Source of the DNA: a virus
Virus record (IMG/VR): IMGVR_UViG_3300024324_000425
Location: 15,561-79,560 of that record
Length of the DNA stretch: 64,000 nucleotides
Reading direction: 5' to 3' (one strand)
Each line of letters opens with the position of its first letter. Within the stretch, counting starts at the first letter, position 1. Below the pieces are notes generated by a model. The model saw only the letters and a program-made list of their open reading frames with translations, had not been told where the DNA came from and did not search any database. Of the stretch, positions 39,538 through 49,535 are shown one piece after another. Position numbers and translations under genes: made by a program.

Positions 39538-40220
39538 AGAAAATGAACGTAAGTGATATAAGAGAACATTTCAAACAGGCCTTAGCTAAAGAGGAATTCA
39601 CCATTGATAAGACTGGAGCTAAGACTATTGAATTAATCGGAGCTTCTTTTATTGCTGATGAGAATGCTATCTTCGGCAAACCAGTTGATGGTTATATTGC
39701 TAAAGAGATTGAATGGTATGAGAGTATGTCAACTAATATCAATGACATTTATGGTGACGAACGTGATGCTCCTGCAGCTTGGAAATATGCTGCGGATAAG
39801 CATGGCAATATCAATTCAAACTATGGTAAGTTAATATTCTCTAAAGAATATCATAACCAATATTTTAATGTTAGAAATGAATTAGTTAACAACCCTGATG
39901 GACGAAGAGCTGAAATGGTTTACAATCGCCCATCGGTTTGGACCGAATTTGATAAAGGTGGTATGTCAGACTTCATCTGTACTAATGCAGTTACATATTA
40001 TATCAGAAACAAGCAAATCCACTGTGTTGTTCAAATGAGATCTAATGATGTAGTCTTTGGATATAAGAATGATTACGCTTGGCAAAAGTATGTATTAGAC
40101 TCTTTAGTTAAATACATTAACTTACATGAAGATCATCCGGACGAGTTATCAACTGGTGATATCCATTGGCAAGTACAGAATCTCCACGTATATGAAAAAC
40201 ATTTTGATTTGGTGGTATAA
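39534..40220 (+). CDS. gp42: dCMP hydroxymethylase (T4 gp42 homologue)
   Basis: DKTGAKTIELIGASFIADE, INSNYG, SDFICTN (catalytic Cys), MRSNDVVFGYKNDYAWQKYVL with the dCMP-specifying Asp; closely follows T4 gp42 as recalled. Confidence 0.92.
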   Translation: MKKMNVSDIREHFKQALAKEEFTIDKTGAKTIELIGASFIADENAIFGKPVDGYIAKEIEWYESMSTNINDIYGDERDAPAAWKYAADKHGNINSNYGKLIFSKEYHNQYFNVRNELVNNPDGRRAEMVYNRPSVWTEFDKGGMSDFICTNAVTYYIRNKQIHCVVQMRSNDVVFGYKNDYAWQKYVLDSLVKYINLHEDHPDELSTGDIHWQVQNLHVYEKHFDLVV

Positions 40221-41392
40221 TGAAAAAGATAATACATTTAATGGGAAGAGGTATTGAAGGATGTGGTGTAACAAAGTTCACGATTGAATTTGATAATTGG
40301 TTAAACAATAATGGGTATGATTCACAGATCATAGCACTCACCGACAAAAAGTGGAGTCGCAACAAGTCACATGTATTCAATGTTTCTGAAGTTAAATTCA
40401 AAAAGGATGATGAAGCTGCAGTAGTACTGAATCGTTGCAATGATGCCGATCTTGTTATTATTGAATCACTTCCATCTATAGCACATGATGAAAATGCAAT
40501 CCTGAACTTTAAACGAGTTATTAATAGTACTACCACTGATATTATGTTAATACAACATGATCATTCAGCATTGTCTATTAGACGTAACGCTTGTCAGGAA
40601 GATGCTATCGACGCTTCTAAATATATTTACGCTCATGCATTAAGCAATGACTTTGCTAAGATCGTAGATGAATATACTAATACGTTGTGGAGTGACTCTA
40701 AAGAAGTAAGAACATTCCAACCTGCGATGGACTTTGATTTGGTGCGTGCTAAGTATTGGAAAGATATTGAAGAACAAGATCCACTTCACCATAAATGGAT
40801 TGGTAGAACTACATCTTGGAAAGGATACAAAGAGATGTTTAAGTTTACAGAGTTACTTAAGAAAGAAGGTCATTTAGTTACTATGGAAGGCATTGAAAGA
40901 TCACCTGCATTTATTGACTTTAAGAATTTAGGTGAGTTTCATTCACATGTAGCAGAAAATATTGAAGACATTGATTTAAAATATGGCTCAGATGCTTATG
41001 TATTTGGTCCTTATATCAATGATGACTTGTTACATCGTATGTCAAGAGTAGGTTTTGGTTATCAATTGTCTAGAATGAAAGAGAAATATATCTATCGTTC
41101 TATTGAATATACACATTGTGAGGTTGTATGTACCGGAACTATTCCAGTGTTTAACGCTGAGTACGGTAGATTAGTCACCCATAGATCTACTGATAACCGC
41201 ATGATTAATGACAAGAACACCGGAACAATCTGGTTTGATCAACATAATATGGATGAATCACTAGCGTTAATAAATAAACTAGCCAGTGATAATGTAATGA
41301 GAAATGAGTGGAGAGAAATGGCCTTTGAATATTACAAAGATCACCAAGACTCAAATAATGTATTTAAGGAGATTATGAATGAAGTATGCTAG
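40220..41392 (+). CDS. agt: DNA alpha-glucosyltransferase (T4 Agt homologue)
   Basis: RGIEGCGVTKF, QHDHS.LS.RRN, WIGRTTSWKG, MEGIERSPAF, GFGYQLS, EYTH.E...GTIPVF match T4 Agt motifs. Confidence 0.92.
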   Translation: MKKIIHLMGRGIEGCGVTKFTIEFDNWLNNNGYDSQIIALTDKKWSRNKSHVFNVSEVKFKKDDEAAVVLNRCNDADLVIIESLPSIAHDENAILNFKRVINSTTTDIMLIQHDHSALSIRRNACQEDAIDASKYIYAHALSNDFAKIVDEYTNTLWSDSKEVRTFQPAMDFDLVRAKYWKDIEEQDPLHHKWIGRTTSWKGYKEMFKFTELLKKEGHLVTMEGIERSPAFIDFKNLGEFHSHVAENIEDIDLKYGSDAYVFGPYINDDLLHRMSRVGFGYQLSRMKEKYIYRSIEYTHCEVVCTGTIPVFNAEYGRLVTHRSTDNRMINDKNTGTIWFDQHNMDESLALINKLASDNVMRNEWREMAFEYYKDHQDSNNVFKEIMNEVC

Positions 41393-42581
41393 TATTGTCC
41401 CATTGATCGGCGGTGAAACTCTCGGAATGGAAAGCGCTTTTGGTAAACGACCAGAGTATATTTTATCTTATGATGTGTTTGCTAGTAACGATAAACACTT
41501 ATTAGAATATTATAATTATGAAGTACCGTATCATGTTTTAGATAAAGATGATATGTCAAAGGTTAACCTTGAACAGGTGGACGTAGTTAATACTGTATGT
41601 CCTTGTGCTGGGTTAAGTTCGTTGAGTGTTTCTGCTAGTGCTGACTCATCTGTTAATGATTGGATGATTAATACTACTAAACATGTATTAGAGAATATGC
41701 AACCAAAGGTTTTTTGGGGTGAGAATGCGCCACGTCTTGCAACTAAATTGGGTTCACCGGTTGTCGAGAAGATACGTAAGATTGGAAAGGAGTATGGTTA
41801 TACCTTTTCGATATACAAAACAAAGAGTCTATTGCATGGCTTAAGTCAGGTAAGAGATAGAACTTTCTACTTCTTTTGGAAAGGTGATGAAATCCCATTG
41901 TTTGAATATTATAATAGACCTAATCAAAACATGTGTGAAATGATTAGGTCAGTGCCGAGTGATCCAGCTGATCCAATGAATGTTCTTACATCTAATAAAG
42001 TTCCTTCACAAGATGATCATTACTATAAATTTATTCTTGAAGAGATTTGTGGTGGTATTACCCATAAAGAATTTGTGGCCAGTCTTGAGCCAGGTCGAAG
42101 TGTTAATGCCCAATGGTATATAGAGAAACACAGTGATTATACTAAAGTTGCTGATTGGTTAAGGAAGAATGGTAATCCAAAGGCTGCAGATAAAGCATTG
42201 AGAAATGCAGAGAAAATTGCTGGTGGTGGTAACCTTATGAGACGTACTAGTGAAATCCCATCTGATTATACAGGTGCCTTTGTTGGACATCTTCCTATGA
42301 ACGTAACACACCCTGATGAAGATCGATACTTAACATATCGTGAAGCTATGGAGTTTATGAAGTTGCCTAGAGACTTTAATATTATTAGCCCTAAAAAGAA
42401 CCTTAATCATATCTGTCAGAATGTACCTCTCACGACAGCAGCTGATATGGCAACTAATATTAAACGGTATTTAGAAGGGACATGTGAAATGATTAGAGAT
42501 GATTATCTTATTCAAGACAATAAATCTAAGAAGCTAGTTATGACAAATAGGTCAAGTTCTTTAGAAGAATTTTTAAAATAA
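41379..42581 (+). CDS. C5 DNA cytosine methyltransferase-like protein
   Basis: motif IV CPCAGLS, motif VI ENAP, motif VIII Q.RDRTF, motif IX RYLTYREA, motif X QNVP; motif I degenerate (IVPLIGG). Confidence 0.8.
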   Translation: MKYASIVPLIGGETLGMESAFGKRPEYILSYDVFASNDKHLLEYYNYEVPYHVLDKDDMSKVNLEQVDVVNTVCPCAGLSSLSVSASADSSVNDWMINTTKHVLENMQPKVFWGENAPRLATKLGSPVVEKIRKIGKEYGYTFSIYKTKSLLHGLSQVRDRTFYFFWKGDEIPLFEYYNRPNQNMCEMIRSVPSDPADPMNVLTSNKVPSQDDHYYKFILEEICGGITHKEFVASLEPGRSVNAQWYIEKHSDYTKVADWLRKNGNPKAADKALRNAEKIAGGGNLMRRTSEIPSDYTGAFVGHLPMNVTHPDEDRYLTYREAMEFMKLPRDFNIISPKKNLNHICQNVPLTTAADMATNIKRYLEGTCEMIRDDYLIQDNKSKKLVMTNRSSSLEEFLK

Positions 42582-42583
42582 CG

Positions 42584-42613
42584 GTGTACATTTACCGCGT
42601 TTTGTGTTATAAT
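42584..42613 (+). promoter_or_regulatory. early promoter (uvsX)
   Basis: GTGTAC-N18-TATAAT. Confidence 0.85.
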
Positions 42614-42644
42614 AGATCTATCAAGTAGAAAAAAGGAGAAATAT

Positions 42645-43682
42645 ATGAGTATAATGGATAAACTCAAGAAGAATAGTAGAATTAAGGAATCGGCAATCCT
42701 TAACAAATCTAAGCTATTCACTAATCAGGATATGGTACCTACATCAGTTCCGATGATTAACGTAGCATTGTCTGGTGATCCCGATGGTGGATTAACATCA
42801 GGCCTAACTGTACTTGCCGGACCATCGAAGCACTTCAAAACTTCGTTTGGTTTGTTAATGGCTGCAGCTTATCTTAAGAAACATGATGATGCTATTATGT
42901 TATTCTATGATTCAGAGTTCGGCTCACCACAATCATACTTTGAAAGTTTCGGTATTGACACTAGTAGAGTATTACATACACCAATCACTGACGTTGAAGA
43001 GCTAAAGTTTGATGTGGTAAATCAGTTAGAAGCTATCGAGAAAGAAGATAAAGTTATTATTGTTATTGACTCTATTGGTAACCTTGCATCTAAGAAAGAA
43101 ATGGAAGATGCTAAGAATGAGAAGAGTGTTGCTGACATGTCACGTGCTAAAGCCTTGAAAGGTTTGTTTAGAATGTGTACACCATATCTTTCAATGAGAG
43201 ATATTCCAATGCTTGCAATCAATCATACCTACCAAACAATGGAGATGTTCTCTAAAGCTGTTGTGTCTGGTGGAACTGGAATTTACTATAGTGCTGATAA
43301 CATTTGGATCATTGGTAGACAACAAGAGAAAGAAGGTAAGGACATTAAAGGTTATAACTTTATTGTTAATATTGAAAAGTCTCGTTTCGTTAAAGAGAAG
43401 AGCAAGATTCCTATTGGTGTAACTTGGGAAGGTGGTATTGATCGATACACTGGTTTATTAGATGCTGCTATTGAAGGTGGATTTGTTGTTAAGCCTACGA
43501 TGGGTTGGTATTCAAAAGTGAACACCGCAACCGGTGAAGTCTCCGAAGATAAGTTAAGAGCTAAAGCATTAGATGGCGAGTTCTGGGAACCTATCCTTAA
43601 AGATCAAGCCTTCAAAGACTTCTTAAAGAATAAGTATGAAATCGGTCATGCCACTATGATTAAAGGTGATATCTCTGAATGA
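42645..43682 (+). CDS. uvsX: recombinase UvsX
   Basis: AGPSKHFKT, FYDSEFG, DSIGNLASKKE, VSGGTG. Confidence 0.95.
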   Translation: MSIMDKLKKNSRIKESAILNKSKLFTNQDMVPTSVPMINVALSGDPDGGLTSGLTVLAGPSKHFKTSFGLLMAAAYLKKHDDAIMLFYDSEFGSPQSYFESFGIDTSRVLHTPITDVEELKFDVVNQLEAIEKEDKVIIVIDSIGNLASKKEMEDAKNEKSVADMSRAKALKGLFRMCTPYLSMRDIPMLAINHTYQTMEMFSKAVVSGGTGIYYSADNIWIIGRQQEKEGKDIKGYNFIVNIEKSRFVKEKSKIPIGVTWEGGIDRYTGLLDAAIEGGFVVKPTMGWYSKVNTATGEVSEDKLRAKALDGEFWEPILKDQAFKDFLKNKYEIGHATMIKGDISE

Positions 43683-45034
43683 ATTTAGAAACATTAATAT
43701 TACGTAACTTAATTCAAGATGAAAATTATACTAGAACAGTAATACCTCATATCAAGCCAAAATACTTTAATGGTCCTCATAAGATTTTATTCAATGAGAT
43801 TGTTAAGTTTGTTACTGAATATGGTAAAATGCCTAACGTTGAAGCACTTAATGTTGAGCTTCAGAAGAATGGTAATATCCATCAAGATGAAATCGGTGAA
43901 GTGTTTGCTATCGCTAATGATTTGGATAAAGTGATTGAAGATACTAATGCAGAATGGTTAACGAAACAAACTGAGAAGTGGTGTCAAGATAGATCTATTT
44001 ACCTTGCCATTATGGAATCTATTGATATTATTGATGGTAAGCATGACACACTTCAAAACAATGCATTGCCTGAATTATTAAGTGATGCATTAGGTGTTTC
44101 ATTTGATACTAACATTGGCCATGACTATATTGATAACTCCGATGATCGCTATGAGTTTTATCATAGAGAGGAAGAACATTTACCGTTTGACTTAGAGATG
44201 TTTAACAAGATCACTAAAGGTGGACTTGTTAACAAGAGTTTGAATATTGCCCTTGCAGGCACAGGTGTAGGTAAGTCTTTGTTTATGTGTCATGTAGCTG
44301 CAGGTGCTTTAACACAGATGAAAAATGTGTTATACATATCTATGGAAATGTCCGAAGAAAGAGTTGCTGAACGTATTGATGCTAATCTGATGAATGTACC
44401 TATTGACCAGTTAGAGAACTTAAGTAAAGATATGTTCGATAAGAAGTTACATAAGATTGCTAACGGTGGTATTGGTAAGTTGATTGTTAAAGAATATCCT
44501 ACAGGTGCTGCTAATGCTTCTCACTTCAGAGCCTTACTTAATGAGTTGAAGTTAAAGAAGGACTTCATACCAGATTTGATTTGTGTTGATTATCTAAACA
44601 TTTGTTCTAGTAGTAGAATGAAAGCTGACGGTGCTGGTGGGTCATATCAATATGTTAAAGCCATTGCTGAAGAGCTACGTGGCTTGGCTATTGAGAATAA
44701 CCTACCTATACTATCCGCGACTCAAACAACACGCGGTGGTTATGGTAATTCAGATGTAGGACTTGAAGATACTTCGGAATCATTTGGTCTACCAGCAACG
44801 GCAGATCTAATGTTTGCTTTAATCTCTACTGAAGAGTTGGAGAATCTAAATCAAATAATGGTGAAGCAATTAAAGAATAGATATAACGATCCAACAGGAG
44901 CTACAAAGAAATTTGTCGTTGGAATTGATCGAGCTAAGATGAGATTGTATGATGTCGAAGACTCTGCACAATCGTTAAATTTGGGTACTGTTCAAGCAAG
45001 TACCACTAACAACTTTGAAGGATTTACAGTATAA
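43679..45034 (+). CDS. gp41: replicative helicase gp41
   Basis: AGTGVGKS, KEYPTG, VDYLNIC, ATQTTR, SESFGLPATAD, KQLKNRY. Confidence 0.96.
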   Translation: MNLETLILRNLIQDENYTRTVIPHIKPKYFNGPHKILFNEIVKFVTEYGKMPNVEALNVELQKNGNIHQDEIGEVFAIANDLDKVIEDTNAEWLTKQTEKWCQDRSIYLAIMESIDIIDGKHDTLQNNALPELLSDALGVSFDTNIGHDYIDNSDDRYEFYHREEEHLPFDLEMFNKITKGGLVNKSLNIALAGTGVGKSLFMCHVAAGALTQMKNVLYISMEMSEERVAERIDANLMNVPIDQLENLSKDMFDKKLHKIANGGIGKLIVKEYPTGAANASHFRALLNELKLKKDFIPDLICVDYLNICSSSRMKADGAGGSYQYVKAIAEELRGLAIENNLPILSATQTTRGGYGNSDVGLEDTSESFGLPATADLMFALISTEELENLNQIMVKQLKNRYNDPTGATKKFVVGIDRAKMRLYDVEDSAQSLNLGTVQASTTNNFEGFTV

Positions 45035-45747
45035 TGAAAAGAACAAATAATATAAAAACAGTAGATAAGGTAGCAACACCAGTAACACACACCACAAGAA
45101 CAAAAGCAACGTTAGTGAGTTATTCAACACCGTCAGAAGAGTTTAAAGAAGAAGGTTTGGATGATGTAAAAGACTTAGTTGCATACTGTGCTAGAGTAAG
45201 TAATCCATCCAACCAGCTTAATAAAGAGACCGCTGATAAGTTAATTGGGTACTTGATTAAACACCAACATTGGTCTCCATTAGAGATGGTAAGTGCTTGT
45301 ATTGAAATTGAAACTACAAGAGATATTGCACGTCAAATCCTAAGACATAGATCATTTTCTTTCCAAGAGTTCTCTCAACGATATGCCGATCCTACTAAAG
45401 ACCTATCATTTATGTTAAGAGAAGCTAGGTTACAAGATACTAAGAATAGACAGAACTCTATTGAAAATAACAATGAAGTATTAAGTGCTATGTGGAGAAT
45501 CAAACAAGAGAACGTTATTAAAAATGCACTTAGCGCTTATAATTGGGCTATTGAGAATGGTATTGCTAAAGAACAAGCCAGAGCAGTATTGCCTGAAGGT
45601 AACACTATGAGTAGGATGTATATGAATGGAACTATTAGAAGTTGGATTCATTACATCGACCTACGATCTAAGAATGGAACTCAAAAAGAACATATTGAAG
45701 TTGCATTAGCGTGTGCTCAAGCTATTGATAAAATCTTTAAATTATGA
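45034..45747 (+). CDS. thyX: flavin-dependent thymidylate synthase
   Basis: HWSPLE, RQILRHRSFSFQEFSQRY, EQARAVLP. Confidence 0.95.
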   Translation: MKRTNNIKTVDKVATPVTHTTRTKATLVSYSTPSEEFKEEGLDDVKDLVAYCARVSNPSNQLNKETADKLIGYLIKHQHWSPLEMVSACIEIETTRDIARQILRHRSFSFQEFSQRYADPTKDLSFMLREARLQDTKNRQNSIENNNEVLSAMWRIKQENVIKNALSAYNWAIENGIAKEQARAVLPEGNTMSRMYMNGTIRSWIHYIDLRSKNGTQKEHIEVALACAQAIDKIFKL

Positions 45748-46196
45748 TACATACTAAGAAATGGGCTGATCGATACTTAAGCATTTGTAATGAAGTTGCT
45801 AGTTGGAGTAGAGACCCATCAACTCAGGTCGGTGCGGTAGTTGTAGGTGATAAAGGACAAATATTATCACAAGGTTATAACGGCTTTCCGCGAAACATCA
45901 GAGATAACGCTAATAGATATAATGATAAAAAGCGTAAGTATGAGTTAATAGTTCATGCTGAAATGAATGCTATTTACAATGCTACATTAAATGGCCAATC
46001 ATTGCAAGGATCTACAATGTATATATCTGGTTTAGGTGTATGTCATGAATGTGCTAAAGCAATTATTCAAGTTGGTATTACACAAGTGGTTGCCCAATGT
46101 AAAGAGATAAAACCAGGTTGGGAAGATAGTTGTAATTTAACTAAAAAATTATTTGAAGAAGCTGGTATTGATTATTTATTAGAGGAGAAAAAATGA
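45744..46196 (+). CDS. cd: dCMP deaminase
   Basis: SRDPSTQVGA, GYNGFP, HAEMNA, CHECAK. Confidence 0.93.
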   Translation: MIHTKKWADRYLSICNEVASWSRDPSTQVGAVVVGDKGQILSQGYNGFPRNIRDNANRYNDKKRKYELIVHAEMNAIYNATLNGQSLQGSTMYISGLGVCHECAKAIIQVGITQVVAQCKEIKPGWEDSCNLTKKLFEEAGIDYLLEEKK

Positions 46197-46354
46197 TAGC
46201 AAATTATAAAGAAAGGGTAAAGAACTTATTTACTAAAAAGCCTAACTACAAAGAGCTGTATGAAGAAGAAAGAAAAACGGCAGAAGTCTTTGAATTTAAA
46301 TACAATAAGTTAAGAAGACAGTTAAAGTCTATTATAAAAGAGTGTGATCAATAA
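46193..46354 (+). CDS. small hypothetical protein (53 aa)
   Basis: GAGGAG RBS, ATGA overlap; MIANYKERVK...KECDQ. Confidence 0.55.
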   Translation: MIANYKERVKNLFTKKPNYKELYEEERKTAEVFEFKYNKLRRQLKSIIKECDQ

Positions 46355-46502
46355 TGCCTGTAATGACAAAATGGGCGGTGATATTCCATAATGGTGTTCA
46401 TAAATCATTATTGGGATTTGACAAAGCCCATATTAGACAAAAATACCCTAATGTAAAATCAGTATTTAAAATGGGAATTAAACACAACACAGGAGAAATA
46501 AA

Positions 46503-46634
46503 ATGAGTAAGACAGCAATTGATGGCGTAAAGATACGCAAAGATAACAACGGCAATAGACTAAGTAAGAAGACTTATAGCCACGGCAGCTATAGATGCAA
46601 ACGTAAGCCACAGTCAAAGAGATGCAAGAAGTAG
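46503..46634 (+). CDS. small basic protein (43 aa)
   Basis: AGGAG RBS; MSKTAIDGVKIRKDNNGNRLSKKTYSHGSYRCKRKPQSKRCKK. Confidence 0.55.
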   Translation: MSKTAIDGVKIRKDNNGNRLSKKTYSHGSYRCKRKPQSKRCKK

Positions 46635-46751
46635 TTGATTGGTTGAACATAGCGATAATCCTAATATTAGCTGGTATAGTAATGGGGATTGCGTTAATAT
46701 CAGCATTGATATGGACACCGTTTTTATTATTAGGGATAGCATTAGATTATT

Positions 46752-47069
46752 ATGAAAGCAGAAAAAGATTACGATAAGTGGTCCTTCGTTGAGAAGGATT
46801 TAGATCAAGAGCAATGGTTTATTAAGTTAGAAGGTGGGTTATATCATGGTGTTGTATATAGTTACGATGCTATTAAGTTGAATGAAGATGATGAATCCAT
46901 TTCATTTGATTATGAGGTGGTTGATTATTTAGATGAAGATCCTCATGGCACTCCAAGATTCAACGAATGTGTTGGTGAAATTCTAAAGCTTGTGTTAGAT
47001 GATGCTATGAAAGCAGGTGATTATGTTATAGGTAAGAAAGATGAACGAAGCCCTAATAATCCTAGCTGA
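46752..47069 (+). CDS. conserved hypothetical protein, possibly gp40-like head vertex assembly chaperone
   Basis: YHGVVYSY...ISFDYEV...F...VGEIL pattern; near gp41. Confidence 0.5.
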   Translation: MKAEKDYDKWSFVEKDLDQEQWFIKLEGGLYHGVVYSYDAIKLNEDDESISFDYEVVDYLDEDPHGTPRFNECVGEILKLVLDDAMKAGDYVIGKKDERSPNNPS

Positions 47070-47304
47070 AGAATGTGCCGAGGTCCAAGTTGAGGTGTCC
47101 AAGATACTTCGTTTTGGTGCTGAAGAAGGTAATTTAAAGAACCTTGAAAAAGAGATAGGTGATGTTATTGCAATGATGGCTATCTTAGCACATCAAGGTA
47201 TTATTAATGAAGACGTGATAATGCGTAGAGTCCCATCTAAACTACGAAAGTTAAAGAAGTATAGCGATATTAAAGATTTAGATATTATTATTAAAAGTTT
47301 ATAA
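47041..47304 (+). CDS. MazG-like pyrophosphatase
   Basis: EECAEV...EKEIGDV. Confidence 0.75.
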   Translation: MNEALIILAEECAEVQVEVSKILRFGAEEGNLKNLEKEIGDVIAMMAILAHQGIINEDVIMRRVPSKLRKLKKYSDIKDLDIIIKSL

Positions 47305-47307
47305 ATA
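47300..47307 (+). promoter_or_regulatory. late promoter
   Basis: TATAAATA directly before the RimK fusion. Confidence 0.7.
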
Positions 47308-47312
47308 GACTT

Positions 47313-48614
47313 ATGAAACTAGTAATACTAACCAAAGACGTTAAGTCTGAAACTGTTGAGCGTCTATCCGCTGAAATGACTAAAACCGGTGGTGAAGTTT
47401 ATGCGGTAAACCTTGAAGGTGCCTACCTTAAAGACAATAAGATATTCAACATCGATGATAAGAAGGGATTTGAAATATCCCCTCAAGATACAGTCGTTGC
47501 TGTTCGCGGGTCAATCACCCTTAAAGACTCTTATTTAGACCTACTATCTCAAATAGAAAAACGAAAAATCATGACGGTCAACAACCGCTTGTGTAATGAG
47601 ATATGTGCTGATAAATTCAGAACTTCAATTATCCTCGATGAGGCTGGTATAGCTCAACCTAAGACCGCCTTAATTGCTATTGGTGATAATATCAAAACCA
47701 ATTACCCTGAGCAAGCATTTAACAAACTAGATACTAAATTCCCAGTTATTCTTAAAACCCTACGTGGTGCTAAAGGTGTCGGTGTATTGCTTATTGAGAG
47801 TATGCAAGCTTTAGAATCTATTACCCAATTATTATATAAGCTTGATGAAAGCTCTGATTTGTTATTACAAGAATATATTAAATCAGACTTTGATATTAGA
47901 GTGCATGTATTAAATGGTGAAATCATTGGGGTTATGCAACGCAACGTGCCAGATGATGATTTTAGATCAAATTACGCGCAAGGTGCAACCACTGAAAAAT
48001 ATAAGCTATCTAAGAAAGAAGAGGAAGTTGCACTAGCAGCTGCTAACGCCGTTAGTGGTTATTGGGTTGGGGTAGATTTTATTCCTAATAAGGGTAATCC
48101 ATTAGTACTTGAAGTGAATTCATCAGCAGGCACTGAGGGCATCGAGCAGACTATTGGATCATCTATTAATAGAAAAGTAATTAAAACCATAACTAACTCA
48201 GATAATTGGATTAAAGCTAAAACTGCGATTGGTGTTAGAGAAATATTTGAATTTGATTTGTTTGGTAAGATGAAGGCCAAATTAGATACTGGCAATTCTG
48301 TTAAGACTCTTGTTATGCATGCCGACGATCTTGTAGTTAAAAATGATAAAGTAACCTTTACATCCCACGGCCGTGAATATACAATGAAGCTGTATGGTAT
48401 TAAAAAGATTAGATTAAATGGCGACAATGGATTAGAAGAGAGGCCTATGGTTATGTTAGACTTTACCTTTAATGGTGTTATTCATAAGAATGTAACCTTT
48501 ACTTTAGATGATAGATCGACAAAAACAACTGAGGTATTAGTGAATAAAGATTGGATGATTGATAACTCATTCATCATCGATCCTAGTCTGATGTACACTT
48601 TAGGAGAATTATAA
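47313..48614 (+). CDS. RimK-family ATP-grasp ligase fused to a RimB-like retropepsin-fold protease
   Basis: DKF...QPKT, FPVILKTLRGAKGVGV, LQEYI, DIRV, FRSN, GVD, LEVNSS; C-terminal AKLDTG, ERP.V, FTLDDRS. Confidence 0.88.
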   Translation: MKLVILTKDVKSETVERLSAEMTKTGGEVYAVNLEGAYLKDNKIFNIDDKKGFEISPQDTVVAVRGSITLKDSYLDLLSQIEKRKIMTVNNRLCNEICADKFRTSIILDEAGIAQPKTALIAIGDNIKTNYPEQAFNKLDTKFPVILKTLRGAKGVGVLLIESMQALESITQLLYKLDESSDLLLQEYIKSDFDIRVHVLNGEIIGVMQRNVPDDDFRSNYAQGATTEKYKLSKKEEEVALAAANAVSGYWVGVDFIPNKGNPLVLEVNSSAGTEGIEQTIGSSINRKVIKTITNSDNWIKAKTAIGVREIFEFDLFGKMKAKLDTGNSVKTLVMHADDLVVKNDKVTFTSHGREYTMKLYGIKKIRLNGDNGLEERPMVMLDFTFNGVIHKNVTFTLDDRSTKTTEVLVNKDWMIDNSFIIDPSLMYTLGEL

Positions 48615-48617
48615 ATA
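48610..48617 (+). promoter_or_regulatory. late promoter
   Basis: TATAAATA before the kinase gene. Confidence 0.7.
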
Positions 48618-48622
48618 TACTT

Positions 48623-49495
48623 ATGCATAATTTTAAAAGCTTTTTAGGCGAAGGTAAATCTGAGATGTTATCAGAGAAACTTATCATGTTGAATAATGGT
48701 CGTAAAGACGGCCAAATCGTATTCCTCGCGGGTGGTGCTGGTTCTGGTAAGGGATTTGCTGCTACAAACTTCATGGAGAAGGAAAAGTTTAAGGTAAGAG
48801 ATGTTGATGAGTGGAAGAAAGTGTTTCAAAAGATTGCTGATACTCAAGCAAAGTATCCAGAAATAAAAGGATTACACTTGAAGAAACCTGCTGATGTTGC
48901 TAAGCTTCATATGTTCATTAAGAAACTTGGTCTTAAAGATAAGACACTTGACTTAATGTTAGGGCAACTTAAAGATAGAAAGAAGTTACCTAATATCATG
49001 TTTGATATTACGGCTAAAGACACTAAAGATGTATCTCAATTCCTTCCAAGATTATTAGCAGCTGGTTATAACCCTGCCAACATTCATTTAGTATGGGTGT
49101 TAACCGATTATAAAATTGCGATTAAGCAGAATGCAGATAGAGATAGAGTTGTGCCTTCTGACATTATGTTGCAAACACATAAAGGCGCATCTGAAACTGT
49201 GTACTCATATGTCACAGGAGAAGGTAAGAAGATGCAAATTAATGGTGAGATACATGTAATTTTAAATAACAAAGAAAACACCGTTATGTTTACTCCTTCA
49301 GGCAATGATAGAACTTCTAAGATAAGTGGTAAGAAGAATGGCGTAGTTGTTAAAGACTTTACATACTTAACATTAAAGAAACGCGGCAAAGCACTGATCA
49401 AAATAGATAAGGTAATGAAACAACTATACCATTGGGTAATGGATAATATACCAAAGTCTGATTTTCAAAAAGCATTAACGGATACAATTAAGTAA
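48623..49495 (+). CDS. P-loop kinase (zeta-toxin/Pnk-like)
   Basis: FLAGGAGSGKG, DVDE, FDIT, A..QN..R.RVVP lid; MHNFKSFLGE N-terminus. Confidence 0.75.
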   Translation: MHNFKSFLGEGKSEMLSEKLIMLNNGRKDGQIVFLAGGAGSGKGFAATNFMEKEKFKVRDVDEWKKVFQKIADTQAKYPEIKGLHLKKPADVAKLHMFIKKLGLKDKTLDLMLGQLKDRKKLPNIMFDITAKDTKDVSQFLPRLLAAGYNPANIHLVWVLTDYKIAIKQNADRDRVVPSDIMLQTHKGASETVYSYVTGEGKKMQINGEIHVILNNKENTVMFTPSGNDRTSKISGKKNGVVVKDFTYLTLKKRGKALIKIDKVMKQLYHWVMDNIPKSDFQKALTDTIK

Positions 49496-49535
49496 TGCTA
49501 AAATTTAATAATAACAGCAGGAAAAATTAAATAAG

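Noticed and set aside
39534-40220. ThyA thymidylate synthase
   Set aside because: It has the Asp specificity residue and gp42-like sequence, and ThyX is present separately
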